Origin: Parasphingopyxis sp. | Lineage (GTDB): Bacteria; Pseudomonadota; Alphaproteobacteria; Sphingomonadales; Sphingomonadaceae | NCBI RefSeq assembly: GCF_052168275.1 | Contig: NZ_JBQLZM010000135.1 | Coordinates: forward strand, 2,509 to 66,508 | DNA length: 64,000 nt | Reading direction: 5' to 3' | Shown here: piece after piece, positions 29,491 through 38,219 of the stretch | Position numbering within the stretch: position 1 is the first letter of the stretch | Layout of the letters: every line of letters begins with the position of its first letter | Notes under the pieces: model-generated | Seen by the model: only the letters and a program-made list of their open reading frames with translations | Databases searched by the model: none | Told to the model about the DNA's origin: nothing | Program-made: the position numbers and the translations under genes

Positions 29491-31389
29491 ATGTGCGGGA
29501 TTGCGGGCATATTCCATCTCGAAACGGCGAAACCGGTCGATCCGGACCGGGTGCGCGCCATGGCCGACGCCATGGCCCATCGCGGGCCGGACGGGTCGGG
29601 CGTGTGGACCGCGCAGGGCGTCGGTCTCGGCCATCGGCGTCTGTCGGTCATCGATCTCGAGGGCGGCGACCAACCGATGGCGACGCCCGACGGCACGCTC
29701 GTCACCATCTTCAACGGCGAAATCTACAACTATCGGGAGATCCGCGCCGATCTGCGCGCGCTGGGCCATGAATTCCGCACCGACAGCGATACCGAGGTCA
29801 TCCTGCACGGATGGCGGCAATGGGGCCCGCTGTGCATCGAGCGCTTCCACGGCATGTTCGCCTTCGCGCTCTACGACGACGACGCGAAGACGCTGTTTCT
29901 GGGCCGCGACCGGCTCGGCGTGAAGCCGCTCTTCTATGCCGAAGTGTCGGACGGCAGCCTGATCTTCGCATCGGAACTGAAAGGGTTGCTCGCCCATCCG
30001 CTGTTGCGGCGCCGGCCCAGCGAGCAGGCGGTCGAGGACTATCTGGCCTTCGGCTATGTACCCGACGACGCCTGTTTCGTGGCGGGCGTGCACAAGCTTC
30101 CGGCCGGCCATTACCTGATGACGCGCCGCGGCCTGCCGCTCGCCGATCCGCGCCGCTGCTGGGACGTCGCCTTCGCGCCGAAACGGCGCAAGACTGCCGC
30201 TGCGGAGGAGGAGCTGGTCGCGCATATGGGCGAGGCCGTGCGCAGCCGGATGGTCGCGGACGTGCCGCTCGGCGCGTTCCTCTCGGGCGGCGTCGACAGC
30301 TCTTCGGTCGTCGCGCTGATGGCCGAAGCGAGCCGGGATGCAGTGGAAACCTGTTCGATCGGGTTCGACGAGGCCGATCACGACGAAACCGCCTATGCCG
30401 ACCGGATCGCCGAACGGTTCGCGACCAATCACCGCAAGCGGATCGTCGCGGCCGACGATTTCGCGCTGATCGACACGCTGGTCGGCGCCTTCGACGAGCC
30501 GTTCGCGGACGCCAGCGCCGTGCCGACCTATCGCGTCTGCGAACTGGCGCGGGAGAAGGTCACGGTATCGCTGTCGGGCGACGGCGCCGACGAGATTTTC
30601 GCCGGCTATCGCCGCCATGTCTTCCATGCCGGAGAGGAGAAGGCGCGAAGGCTGCTGCCTGGTGCGGTCCGCCGGCCGCTGTTCGGCGGGCTCGGCAAGC
30701 TCTATCCGAAACTGGACCGGGCGCCGCAATTCCTGCGCGCGAAATCGACGCTACAGGGTCTCGGCCAGTCGGGCGCCGAAGCCTATGCCGAGTCCGTCGG
30801 CGTGACCGGACCCGCGCTGCGCGCCGCGCTGTACAGCGACCGGATGCGGACGGCGCTGGCCGGCCATCGCGCCGAAGACCGCTATGTGCGCGCCATCGAG
30901 ACCGCGCCCGCCGAGGACGGCCTCGCCGCCGCCCAATATGCGGACCTCAAGATCTGGCTGCCCGGCGATATCCTGACCAAGGTCGACCGGACGAGCATGG
31001 CGGTGAGCCTGGAAGCGCGCGAACCGCTGCTCGACCACCGGCTCGTCGAATTCGCCGCGACCCTGCCGCTCCGGCAGCGGGTGCGGGGCGGCACCGGCAA
31101 ATGGCTGATGAAACAGGCGATGCGGCGCTACCTACCCGAGGACATCCTCTATCGCCGCAAGATGGGCTTCGTCACGCCGATCAGCGCCTGGTTCCGCGGC
31201 GCTTTGGCAGGGGAGGCGGACAAGCTCGTCGGCAGCACGGCATTGGCGCAAACCGAATGGTTCGACCGGCAGGCGGTCAAGCGGATCGTCGAGGCCCATA
31301 AGAGCGGGCGCGAGGAGCATGGCCGGCTGATCTGGCAGCTGATGATGCTCGACCGCTCGCTGCGGCGGGTATTCGGATTGGGCGCCTAG
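29491..31389 (+). CDS. asnB: Asparagine synthase-like glutamine amidotransferase, XrtA/PEP-CTERM system
   Basis: MCGIAG N-terminal Cys, [59 protein letters not shown]. Confidence 0.9.
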   Translation: MCGIAGIFHLETAKPVDPDRVRAMADAMAHRGPDGSGVWTAQGVGLGHRRLSVIDLEGGDQPMATPDGTLVTIFNGEIYNYREIRADLRALGHEFRTDSDTEVILHGWRQWGPLCIERFHGMFAFALYDDDAKTLFLGRDRLGVKPLFYAEVSDGSLIFASELKGLLAHPLLRRRPSEQAVEDYLAFGYVPDDACFVAGVHKLPAGHYLMTRRGLPLADPRRCWDVAFAPKRRKTAAAEEELVAHMGEAVRSRMVADVPLGAFLSGGVDSSSVVALMAEASRDAVETCSIGFDEADHDETAYADRIAERFATNHRKRIVAADDFALIDTLVGAFDEPFADASAVPTYRVCELAREKVTVSLSGDGADEIFAGYRRHVFHAGEEKARRLLPGAVRRPLFGGLGKLYPKLDRAPQFLRAKSTLQGLGQSGAEAYAESVGVTGPALRAALYSDRMRTALAGHRAEDRYVRAIETAPAEDGLAAAQYADLKIWLPGDILTKVDRTSMAVSLEAREPLLDHRLVEFAATLPLRQRVRGGTGKWLMKQAMRRYLPEDILYRRKMGFVTPISAWFRGALAGEADKLVGSTALAQTEWFDRQAVKRIVEAHKSGREEHGRLIWQLMMLDRSLRRVFGLGA

Positions 31390-32129
31390 CCCGCATAGTC
31401 GGCGCCGAGAAAATAGAGGCCGTCGGGCGGCGCGTTGAGGCCGAGCCGGTTGCGGTCCGCCGCCTCCAGAGCGTCTTGCAGATCGTCCGCGGACCAGCGG
31501 CCCATGCCGACCAGCGCCAGGCAGCCGACCATCGAGCGGACCTGGTGATGGAGGAAGGAGCGGGCGGCGGCACGGACCGTCACGGCGTCGCCTTCGCGCT
31601 GCACCGCCAGCGAGCCGAGCGTCTTGACCGGGCTTTCGGACTGGCAGTGCGCCGAGCGGAAGGTCGTGAAATCATGCTTGCCGACGAGCAGCTGGGCCGC
31701 CTCGTGCATCGCCGCCTCGTCCAGCGGCTGCGGGATGCGCCAGGCCCGGCCTTGCTCGAGCGCGAGGGGCGCGCGGCGGTTGACGATCCGGTAGAGATAG
31801 CGGCGGCCGATACAGTCGAACCGCGCATGCCAGTCGTCGGCCACCGGCTCGCAATCGAGGATCGCGATCGGCGCGCCGCGCAGTTTCGCGTTCAGGCCCT
31901 CGCCGAGCCGGAAGGCGTCGATCTCCTTTTCGATATCGACATGCGCCGCCATGGCGATCGCATGGACGCCCGAATCGGTCCGCCCCGCGCCGTAGACGAG
32001 CACCTCTTCGCCGGTGATTCCCGTGCAGGCTTCCTCGATCGCCTGCTGGACGCTCGGCCCGTGCGGCTGCCGCTGCCAGCCCATATAGGGCCGGCCGTCA
32101 TATTCGACGGTGAGGCGAAAGCGCGTCAT
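31386..32129 (-). CDS. truA: tRNA pseudouridine(38-40) synthase
   Basis: [46 protein letters not shown]; ATG at 32129. Confidence 0.96.
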   Translation of the reverse strand: MTRFRLTVEYDGRPYMGWQRQPHGPSVQQAIEEACTGITGEEVLVYGAGRTDSGVHAIAMAAHVDIEKEIDAFRLGEGLNAKLRGAPIAILDCEPVADDWHARFDCIGRRYLYRIVNRRAPLALEQGRAWRIPQPLDEAAMHEAAQLLVGKHDFTTFRSAHCQSESPVKTLGSLAVQREGDAVTVRAAARSFLHHQVRSMVGCLALVGMGRWSADDLQDALEAADRNRLGLNAPPDGLYFLGADYAG

Positions 32130-33031
32130 CCGAGCGCCGCGCCGGCCGGGACCGGAAAGCCGCGCAGCAGATCGGCGGTGTCCATCGCCGCCTTGCCCGC
32201 GCGCTGGACGCGCGTCGGCCGGATCGCGCCGGTACCGCAGGCGATCGTCAGCGCGTCGTCGAGCACCGATCCCGGCTCTCCGGACTCGGCCCCGATCTCG
32301 GCGGCGAGGACCTTGAAGCGCTCGCCGTCGAATTCGAAAAAGGCGCCGGGCATCGGGTTGAACGCCCGCACCGCCCGCTCGACCGTTTCCGCGTCCCGCG
32401 CGAAATCGAGCCGCGCTTCGGCCTTGTCGATCTTGTCGGCATAGGTGGCGAGCGCATCGTCCTGCACATCCGCTTCGATCGCGCTCCAGTCGGCCAGGAC
32501 CTCGCAGACCAGCGCCGCGCCCATCCGGGCCAGTTCGTCCGTCAGCTCTCCCGCCGTCTTGCCGCCGGTCGGCGTCGACGCCCTGGCGAGCATCGGGCCG
32601 GTGTCGAGACCGCGCTCCATCTGCATGATCGTCACGCCGGTTTCCGCATCCCCGGCGAGGATCGCGCGCTGGATCGGCGCGGCACCCCGCCAGCGGGGGA
32701 GCAGCGAGGCGTGGATGTTGATGCAGCCATGGCGCGGCGCATCGAGGATCGCGGGGTTGAGGATCAGGCCATAGGCGGCCACGACGGCGATATCCGCGTT
32801 CAACTCGGCAAATGCCGCCTTTTCGGCGTCGGACTTGAGGCTTGCCGGGGTGCGGACCTCCAGCCCCATCTCTTCGGCCGCCGCCTGCACGGCCGAGGCG
32901 CGCGGCTGCTTGCCGCGGCCCGCGGGGCGGGGCGGCTGGCTGTAGACGGCGACGATATCGTGCCCGGCATCGGCCAGCGCGCGCAGCGCCGGCACCGCGA
33001 AATCGGGCGTTCCCATGAAAATGATCCGCAT
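32126..33031 (-). CDS. fmt: Methionyl-tRNA formyltransferase
   Basis: [48 protein letters not shown]. Confidence 0.97.
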   Translation of the reverse strand: MRIIFMGTPDFAVPALRALADAGHDIVAVYSQPPRPAGRGKQPRASAVQAAAEEMGLEVRTPASLKSDAEKAAFAELNADIAVVAAYGLILNPAILDAPRHGCINIHASLLPRWRGAAPIQRAILAGDAETGVTIMQMERGLDTGPMLARASTPTGGKTAGELTDELARMGAALVCEVLADWSAIEADVQDDALATYADKIDKAEARLDFARDAETVERAVRAFNPMPGAFFEFDGERFKVLAAEIGAESGEPGSVLDDALTIACGTGAIRPTRVQRAGKAAMDTADLLRGFPVPAGAALG

Positions 33032-33045
33032 GTCCGGCCCCTACA

Positions 33046-33133
33046 CCGTTTGCCCCGAGCCTGTCGAAGGGCTGCTCTTCTTTCTCCAGCCATTTGGAAA
33101 AGTCCAACCCTTCGACAGGCTCAGGGCAAGCGG
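33046..33133. repeat. Palindromic miniature element (REP-like), 26-bp inverted arms
   Basis: CCGTTTGCCCCGAGCCTGTCGAAGGG (33046-33071) and CCCTTCGACAGGCTCAGGGCAAGCGG (33108-33133), 24/26 complementary, 36-nt spacer. Confidence 0.85.
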
Positions 33134-33182
33134 AAATTATTCGGCTGGCCTATTCGGCATCCTTCCCGCTATGCGACTTCCC

Positions 33183-33779
33183 ATGGCATCCGCGGAGATC
33201 GATCAGCTGACCAATGCGCTCGCCCGCTTGCCGGGTCTCGGCCCGCGTTCGGCGCGCCGCGCGGTGCTGCACCTGCTCAAGAAGCGCGAGGCGGCGTTGA
33301 CGCCGCTGCTGCGCGCGCTGGAGACGGTCGCGGACAAGCTCGCGACCTGCGATATCTGCGGCAATGTCGATACGATCAACCCGTGCGGCATCTGTACCGA
33401 TGCGAAGCGCGACACGCGCTCGCTCTGCGTGGTCGAGGAGGTCGCCGATCTCTGGGCGCTCGATCGCTCGCGGCTGTTTCCGGGGCGGTTCCACGTGCTG
33501 GGCGGGCGGCTCTCGGCGCTGGACGGGGTGCGGCCCGAGGACCTGCATATCGACACGCTGATCGCCCGCGTCTCCGGCGGCGAGATCGACGAGGTCGTCC
33601 TCGCGATGAATGCGACTCTCGAGGGCCAGACCACGGCGCATTATCTCGCCGAACGGCTCGAGGAGCATCCGGTACGGATCACCCAGCTCGCCCATGGCCT
33701 GCCCGTCGGCGGCGAACTCGACTATCTCGACGAGGGGACGCTCGCGCAGGCGTTGAGGGCCAGGCGGCCGGTCGCCTGA
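33183..33779 (+). CDS. recR: Recombination mediator RecR
   Basis: [15 protein letters not shown]4 zinc finger CDICGN...[29 protein letters not shown]. Confidence 0.96.
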   Translation: MASAEIDQLTNALARLPGLGPRSARRAVLHLLKKREAALTPLLRALETVADKLATCDICGNVDTINPCGICTDAKRDTRSLCVVEEVADLWALDRSRLFPGRFHVLGGRLSALDGVRPEDLHIDTLIARVSGGEIDEVVLAMNATLEGQTTAHYLAERLEEHPVRITQLAHGLPVGGELDYLDEGTLAQALRARRPVA

Positions 33780-33780
33780 T

Positions 33781-33886
33781 CGTCATTGCGAGGAGGCCGG
33801 AACTGGTTTCGGGGCGACGCGGCAATCCAGAGCGGTTGGGCAAGCGTTTCCAGGCTCCGGATTGCTTCGCTTCGCTCGCAATGACG
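33781..33886. repeat. CGTCATTGCGAG...CTCGCAATGACG palindromic element, copy 1
   Basis: 12-bp terminal inverted repeats plus inner GCAATCCAGAG/CTCCGGATTGC arms; near-identical inverted copy at 36189-36293. Confidence 0.88.
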
Positions 33887-33898
33887 CAAGCCTGTGTC

Positions 33899-33927
33899 CT
33901 TGAAACGATCCGCCCAACCGCATAAAT
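33899..33927 (+). promoter_or_regulatory. Possible RpoH/sigma70-type promoter for def
   Basis: CTTGAA-N16-CATAAAT immediately upstream of def ATG. Confidence 0.35.
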
Positions 33928-33934
33928 CCTCCCC

Positions 33935-34495
33935 ATGGCCATTTTACCGATCGTCGAAGTTCCGGACCCGCGTCTGAAAACCGTTTCCACGCCTGTCGAT
34001 GAGGTGACCGACGAAACGCGCCAGCTGATCGCGGACATGTTCGAAACCATGTACGACGCGCCGGGCATCGGGCTTGCGGCGATCCAGGTCGGCGTGCCCA
34101 AGCGCATCCTCGTGATCGACCTGCAGGAGCCCGCGCCGCACGATCACGAGCATGGCGAGGAATGCGATCACGACCATGGCGTGATCAACGACCCGCGCGT
34201 CTTCATCAATCCCGAAATCCTCGAAACTTCGGACGATATGCGGACCTATGAGGAAGGTTGCCTTTCGATTCCCGATCAATTCGCCGATGTGGATCGCCCA
34301 GACTGGTGCGTGGTGCGCTGGCTCGACGAAAATGGCGAGCAGCACGAGGAACGGCTTGAGGGCCTGCTTGCGACCTGCCTGCAGCATGAGATGGACCATC
34401 TCGAAGGCATCGTCTTCATCGACCATCTGTCGCGGATGAAGCGCCAGATGGTATTGAAAAAGCTTGAAAAAGCGCGGCGACTCAAAGCGGCGTAG
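33935..34495 (+). CDS. def: Peptide deformylase
   Basis: GIGLAAIQVG, EEGCLSIP, QHEMDHLEG; His-rich insert HDHEHGEECDHDH. Confidence 0.97.
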   Translation: MAILPIVEVPDPRLKTVSTPVDEVTDETRQLIADMFETMYDAPGIGLAAIQVGVPKRILVIDLQEPAPHDHEHGEECDHDHGVINDPRVFINPEILETSDDMRTYEEGCLSIPDQFADVDRPDWCVVRWLDENGEQHEERLEGLLATCLQHEMDHLEGIVFIDHLSRMKRQMVLKKLEKARRLKAA

Positions 34496-34751
34496 TCGTC
34501 CCCGCGGTCGGCCTTCGGGCGCGCCGCGCCACGATTCCTTCCTAAGTTTACATAATTCACACACAGACCGGTCGAAGTAGGGCAGCTATTCTACCCTGTA
34601 TCGCATCGACGCGATCAAGGGTTCAAACAGCCAGACATTGTCCAACATTGCAAGCGCTCGCCGTTGACGGTTTTCGAACGCCGTCCGGCAATCGGCCGCA
34701 CATCTCCCCGCAGTGGATTATTCGGTTGCCGCGACGATGGATGCAGCATAG

Positions 34752-34766
34752 GTTCTCCCTTCGTTC
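34752..34766 (+). promoter_or_regulatory. LexA (SOS) box, alphaproteobacterial type
   Basis: Exact GTTC-tcccttc-GTTC (GTTC-N7-GTTC) ending 15 nt before rmuC ATG. Confidence 0.7.
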
Positions 34767-34781
34767 TCACCGGAGTGTTGA

Positions 34782-36161
34782 ATGGATCCGTTGATCGTCT
34801 CGCTGATCGTCATGGCCGCGGTCGTTATCGGAGCGGCGCTGGGCTGGCTGGCGAGCGCCCGCGCGGCGGCGCCGCTGCGCGAGGAAAATGCACGGCTGCG
34901 CGGCGAGGGCGAAGCGGTCGCGAAAGACCTGCGCACCGCGCTCGACGGCGTGCGGGACGAGCGCGACGCCGCGCAGCGCGAACTGGCGGGACTCAAGGCC
35001 TCGGCCGAGGAACGCGACCGCGCGTTCGAAACCAGGCTCACAGAGCTGCGCGAGGCCAAGGAGGCGCTGACCGCGCAGTTCAGCGAAGTCGGCGCAAAGA
35101 TGCTCGGAGAAGCGCAGAAACAGTTTCTCGAACGCGCCGATGCGCGCTTCAACCAGGCCGGCGAAAAGAATGAGGAGCGGCTTAAACAGTTGCTGAGCCC
35201 GGTCGGCGAGCGGCTGAAAGCCTATGAGGAACAGGTCGGCAAGATCGAGAGGGAACGGACCGAAGCCTATGGCGACCTGAAGGGTTTGATGGACCAGATG
35301 CGCGCGGGCCAGGAAAACGTCCGCAGCGAAACGGAGAAGCTCGTCAATTCGCTGCGCAACGCCCCCAAAGCGCGCGGGCGCTGGGGCGAGCAGCAGCTGC
35401 GCAACGTACTCGAAACGGCCGGGCTCGCCGAACATACGGATTTCTCCACCGAGGTCAGCGTCGACAGCGCCGACGGGCGGATGCGCCCCGATGCCATCAT
35501 TCGCGTCCCGGGCGGGCGGGCGCTGGTGATCGACGCCAAGGTCTCGCTCAACGACTATCAGGACGCGTTCAACGCCGACGAGGAGGAGGCCCGCGAAATC
35601 GCGCTGGCGCGGCATTGCGTGTCGATGAAGACCCATATCGAGGGGCTGTCGCGCAAGGCCTATTGGAGCCAGTTCGACGAGGCGCCCGACTATGTGATCA
35701 TGTTCGTGCCGGGCGAGCATTTCCTGACCGCGGCGCTCGAGCACGAGCCCTCGCTCTGGGACCATGCGTTCGACAAGAAGGTGCTGCTCGCCACGCCGAC
35801 CAACCTGATCGCCATCGCGCGGACCGTCGCGGCGGTCTGGCGGCAGGAGGGGCTCGCGCAGGAAGCCAAGCAGATCGGCCAGCTCGGCAAGGAAATGTAC
35901 GACCGGCTCGCGGTGGCCGCCGGCCATATGCGGACGGTCGGCAGCGGCCTCACCACGGCGGTCAACAATTACAACAGGTTCGTCGGCAGTTTCGAGCGCA
36001 ACGTGCTCTCCACCGGCCGCCGTTTCGCCGAACTCAATATCGAGACGGGCAAGAACGAGATTGGCGAACTGCAGCCGGTCGAGGCGATTGCGCGAGAACC
36101 CAATGTGGCCGCGCTGCCATCTTCCGACAATGACGAGGATACGCCGGACGCCGCGGAATAG
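34782..36161 (+). CDS. rmuC: DNA recombination protein RmuC
   Basis: N-terminal TM plus coiled coil, RGRWGEQQLRNVLE, RPDAII..PGGR.LVIDAK, DYVIMFVPGE, VLLATPTNLIA. Confidence 0.95.
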   Translation: MDPLIVSLIVMAAVVIGAALGWLASARAAAPLREENARLRGEGEAVAKDLRTALDGVRDERDAAQRELAGLKASAEERDRAFETRLTELREAKEALTAQFSEVGAKMLGEAQKQFLERADARFNQAGEKNEERLKQLLSPVGERLKAYEEQVGKIERERTEAYGDLKGLMDQMRAGQENVRSETEKLVNSLRNAPKARGRWGEQQLRNVLETAGLAEHTDFSTEVSVDSADGRMRPDAIIRVPGGRALVIDAKVSLNDYQDAFNADEEEAREIALARHCVSMKTHIEGLSRKAYWSQFDEAPDYVIMFVPGEHFLTAALEHEPSLWDHAFDKKVLLATPTNLIAIARTVAAVWRQEGLAQEAKQIGQLGKEMYDRLAVAAGHMRTVGSGLTTAVNNYNRFVGSFERNVLSTGRRFAELNIETGKNEIGELQPVEAIAREPNVAALPSSDNDEDTPDAAE

Positions 36162-36188
36162 CGGATACGATGATGCGGGTTACTGGGC

Positions 36189-36293
36189 CGTCATTGCGAG
36201 CGCAGCGAAGCAATCCAGAGCCGCGGGCGGCACGTGTGCGGCTCTGGATAGCCGCGTCGGCCTGAAACAGGTTCCGGCCTCCTCGCAATGACG
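36189..36293. repeat. CGTCATTGCGAG...CTCGCAATGACG palindromic element, copy 2 (inverted relative to copy 1)
   Basis: Same termini and arms as the reverse complement of 33781-33886; only the central loop differs. Confidence 0.88.
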
Positions 36294-36328
36294 GAGGCGC
36301 AAATTGCCACATCCGGTCTTTACTGCCC

Positions 36329-36739
36329 TCAAACGTCCCCGCCGCAGCCCTCGACCGGCGGGCTGCCGCGTTCGGTGATCGTGACGATAGCGGGGTAGGG
36401 GGCGCCGCTCATCGCGTCCGCGCAGGGCCGGTCGAGTATCTCGACGGTGATCGAATCATTCTCGTACCGCCGGCCGCCGTCGAACGGCTCGACCTCGGGC
36501 GTGCGCGCCGTCACCCGGCGTTCGCCATAATCGGCTTCGTAGACGATCACGTCGTCATAGATGCGCAGGAACCAGCCCGGTTCCTGGCCGACGCCGCGGA
36601 ATATCGGCTCCGGTTCGGCCGCGGCGGCGGGCTCTTCCGTGTCGCCGCCCGGCGATTCGCCGGCGTCGGGCTGTTCCTCGCAGGCGGCGAGCGTCAGCAA
36701 GGCGGCGGCGGACAGCCCGGCCAGGATGCGCCGCGCCAT
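36329..36739 (-). CDS. Lipoprotein (COG3650-like)
   Basis: Lipobox LLTLAAC, FRGVGQEPGW.LRI, C.DAMSG..YP..V and terminal GCG; TGATG-coupled to upstream ORF. Confidence 0.7.
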   Translation of the reverse strand: MARRILAGLSAAALLTLAACEEQPDAGESPGGDTEEPAAAAEPEPIFRGVGQEPGWFLRIYDDVIVYEADYGERRVTARTPEVEPFDGGRRYENDSITVEILDRPCADAMSGAPYPAIVTITERGSPPVEGCGGDV

Positions 36740-36834
36740 CAATACACCGTGTCTTCGTACACGGGTTCGCCGCCCGCATAGGTGGTCGCGCAGGCCGCGA
36801 GGGTCAGCAGCAGCGCCAGTCCGAAAAAGCGCAT
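36739..36834 (-). CDS. 31-aa micro-lipoprotein (MRFFGLALLLTLAAC-ATTYAGGEPVYEDTVY)
   Basis: AGGAAGG SD 5 nt before ATG, type II signal peptide with lipobox, TGATG overlaps at both ends; not listed as its own ORF in the track. Confidence 0.6.
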   Translation of the reverse strand: MRFFGLALLLTLAACATTYAGGEPVYEDTVY

Positions 36835-38219
36835 CAGCCTTCCTTTCTCCGTCGTTCCAGATCGAGCCTGATACCATTTTCCGAACGCAAGGTCAGCCGC
36901 GCAATCGGTTTGGGCACATGGCCCGCGACCGGCGATACCGTCCAGTCGCGCATGATCGTCGCCAGTACGATCACCGCCTCCTGCAGCGCGAAGGCCGCGC
37001 CGAGGCAGACGCGCGGGCCTTTCGAGAAGGGCAGATAGGCCTTCTGCTCGGACGCCCGGGTTTCCGCCCGGCCGAACCGGTCGGGATCGAAGACGTCCGG
37101 ATCGTCCCAATGCTCGGTATGCCGGTGCTCGAGCAGCGGGGAGACGAACAGGATCGCGCCGGGCACGATGCGCTTGCCGCGCATCTCCTCCTCCTCGGTC
37201 GCGTCGCGCGGGATGAAGGCGACCGGCGGATAGAGGCGCAAGGTCTCGCGGAACACGTCGCGGGTGAACGGCAGGCGGCGCATCTTCTCGAATTCCAGCG
37301 GGCCGTCGGCGAACGCCGCATCGGCCTCCGCCTGCAACCGCGCCTGCACATCCGGGCATTGCGCGATCAGGTAGAGCGCCCAGGCGAGCGCCGAGGCAGA
37401 TGTTTCGTGCCCGGCGAGGAACATGATGCCGATCTGGTCGACCAGTTCGCGCTCGTCGAACCGCTTGCCGGTTTCCGGATCCTCGGCGCGGATGAAGCTG
37501 GCCAGCATGTCGCGGTCGGGCACCTCCGCGCCCTGCGCGATCGCGGCGAGCCGCTCGCGGACCGGCCGGTGGAGCAGTTCGCGGATCGTCGCCGCCGAAC
37601 GCCGGGCCCGCACCCTGCCGAGCGACAGCAATTGCGGCACGCCGGCCAGCGTCCATACGCCGTGCTGCCAGGCGAGATGCTGGAAGCGCTCGAAATTCTC
37701 GAAGATGGTTTCGGCCTCTTCGCGGGTGAAGGGCCGGGAATAGATGGTGCGGAAGATGACGTCGGCCGTCACATGCGTCATCTCGAGATCGATCTGCGTA
37801 TCCGGCCCCGCCGCACCGGCTGCGAACCGCTCGGCCATCGCGTCGACAGCCGCGCGCATCAGCGGGAAGATCGCCTTGATCCGCGTGGCCTCGAAGGCCG
37901 GGTCCATCATCCGGCGCTGCTGTTTCCAGAGATCGCCGTTCGACACGAAGATGCTCTCGCCGAGCAGCAGTTCGAGCATCGTCGCCATCAGGTCCGACTT
38001 GGGATAGCGGTCGACGTCGCCGAGCAGGATCTGCTGGACGAGATCGGGCTGGTTGACGAAATACATGGTTCGGCGCGGCAGCCGCACCTCGCCGAGTTTC
38101 ATCGAATAGCTGTTCGCGTAGAGCGGCGCGGTCGAGGAATGGAAGCTCTTCACGAAGCGCGCGAGCGGCCCGAGCTTTTTCGGGTTGCCGGCGGGTTTGG
38201 GGGGTACGAGGCCGGTCAT
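36834..38219 (-). CDS. Cytochrome P450
   Basis: I-helix MFLAGHETSA, K-helix ETLRLYPP, FDPDRF, heme motif PFSKGPRVCLG; ATG 38219 (ATGA overlap). Confidence 0.95.
   Translation of the reverse strand: MTGLVPPKPAGNPKKLGPLARFVKSFHSSTAPLYANSYSMKLGEVRLPRRTMYFVNQPDLVQQILLGDVDRYPKSDLMATMLELLLGESIFVSNGDLWKQQRRMMDPAFEATRIKAIFPLMRAAVDAMAERFAAGAAGPDTQIDLEMTHVTADVIFRTIYSRPFTREEAETIFENFERFQHLAWQHGVWTLAGVPQLLSLGRVRARRSAATIRELLHRPVRERLAAIAQGAEVPDRDMLASFIRAEDPETGKRFDERELVDQIGIMFLAGHETSASALAWALYLIAQCPDVQARLQAEADAAFADGPLEFEKMRRLPFTRDVFRETLRLYPPVAFIPRDATEEEEMRGKRIVPGAILFVSPLLEHRHTEHWDDPDVFDPDRFGRAETRASEQKAYLPFSKGPRVCLGAAFALQEAVIVLATIMRDWTVSPVAGHVPKPIARLTLRSENGIRLDLERRRKEG

Noticed and set aside
1-31389. XrtA locus as a tRNA-anchored genomic island
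   Set aside because: No integrase, no duplicated tRNA-His or tRNA-Met 3' end seen, no obvious compositional shift, and trxB lies between the tRNA and the locus
33015-33182. N-terminal extension of RecR (MKMIR...VCPEPVEG...PFDRLRASG)
   Set aside because: It is a translation of the palindromic repeat and overlaps the fmt start; RecR homology begins at MASAEIDQL
34616-34750. 44-codon minus-strand ORF (MLHPSSRQ...) with a GGAGAA SD
   Set aside because: The apparent SD is the reverse complement of the LexA box, and the peptide has no recognisable features; not supported
33046-36293. Palindromic repeats as a CRISPR array or IS ends
   Set aside because: No regularly spaced direct repeats with unique spacers, no cas genes and no transposase in the window
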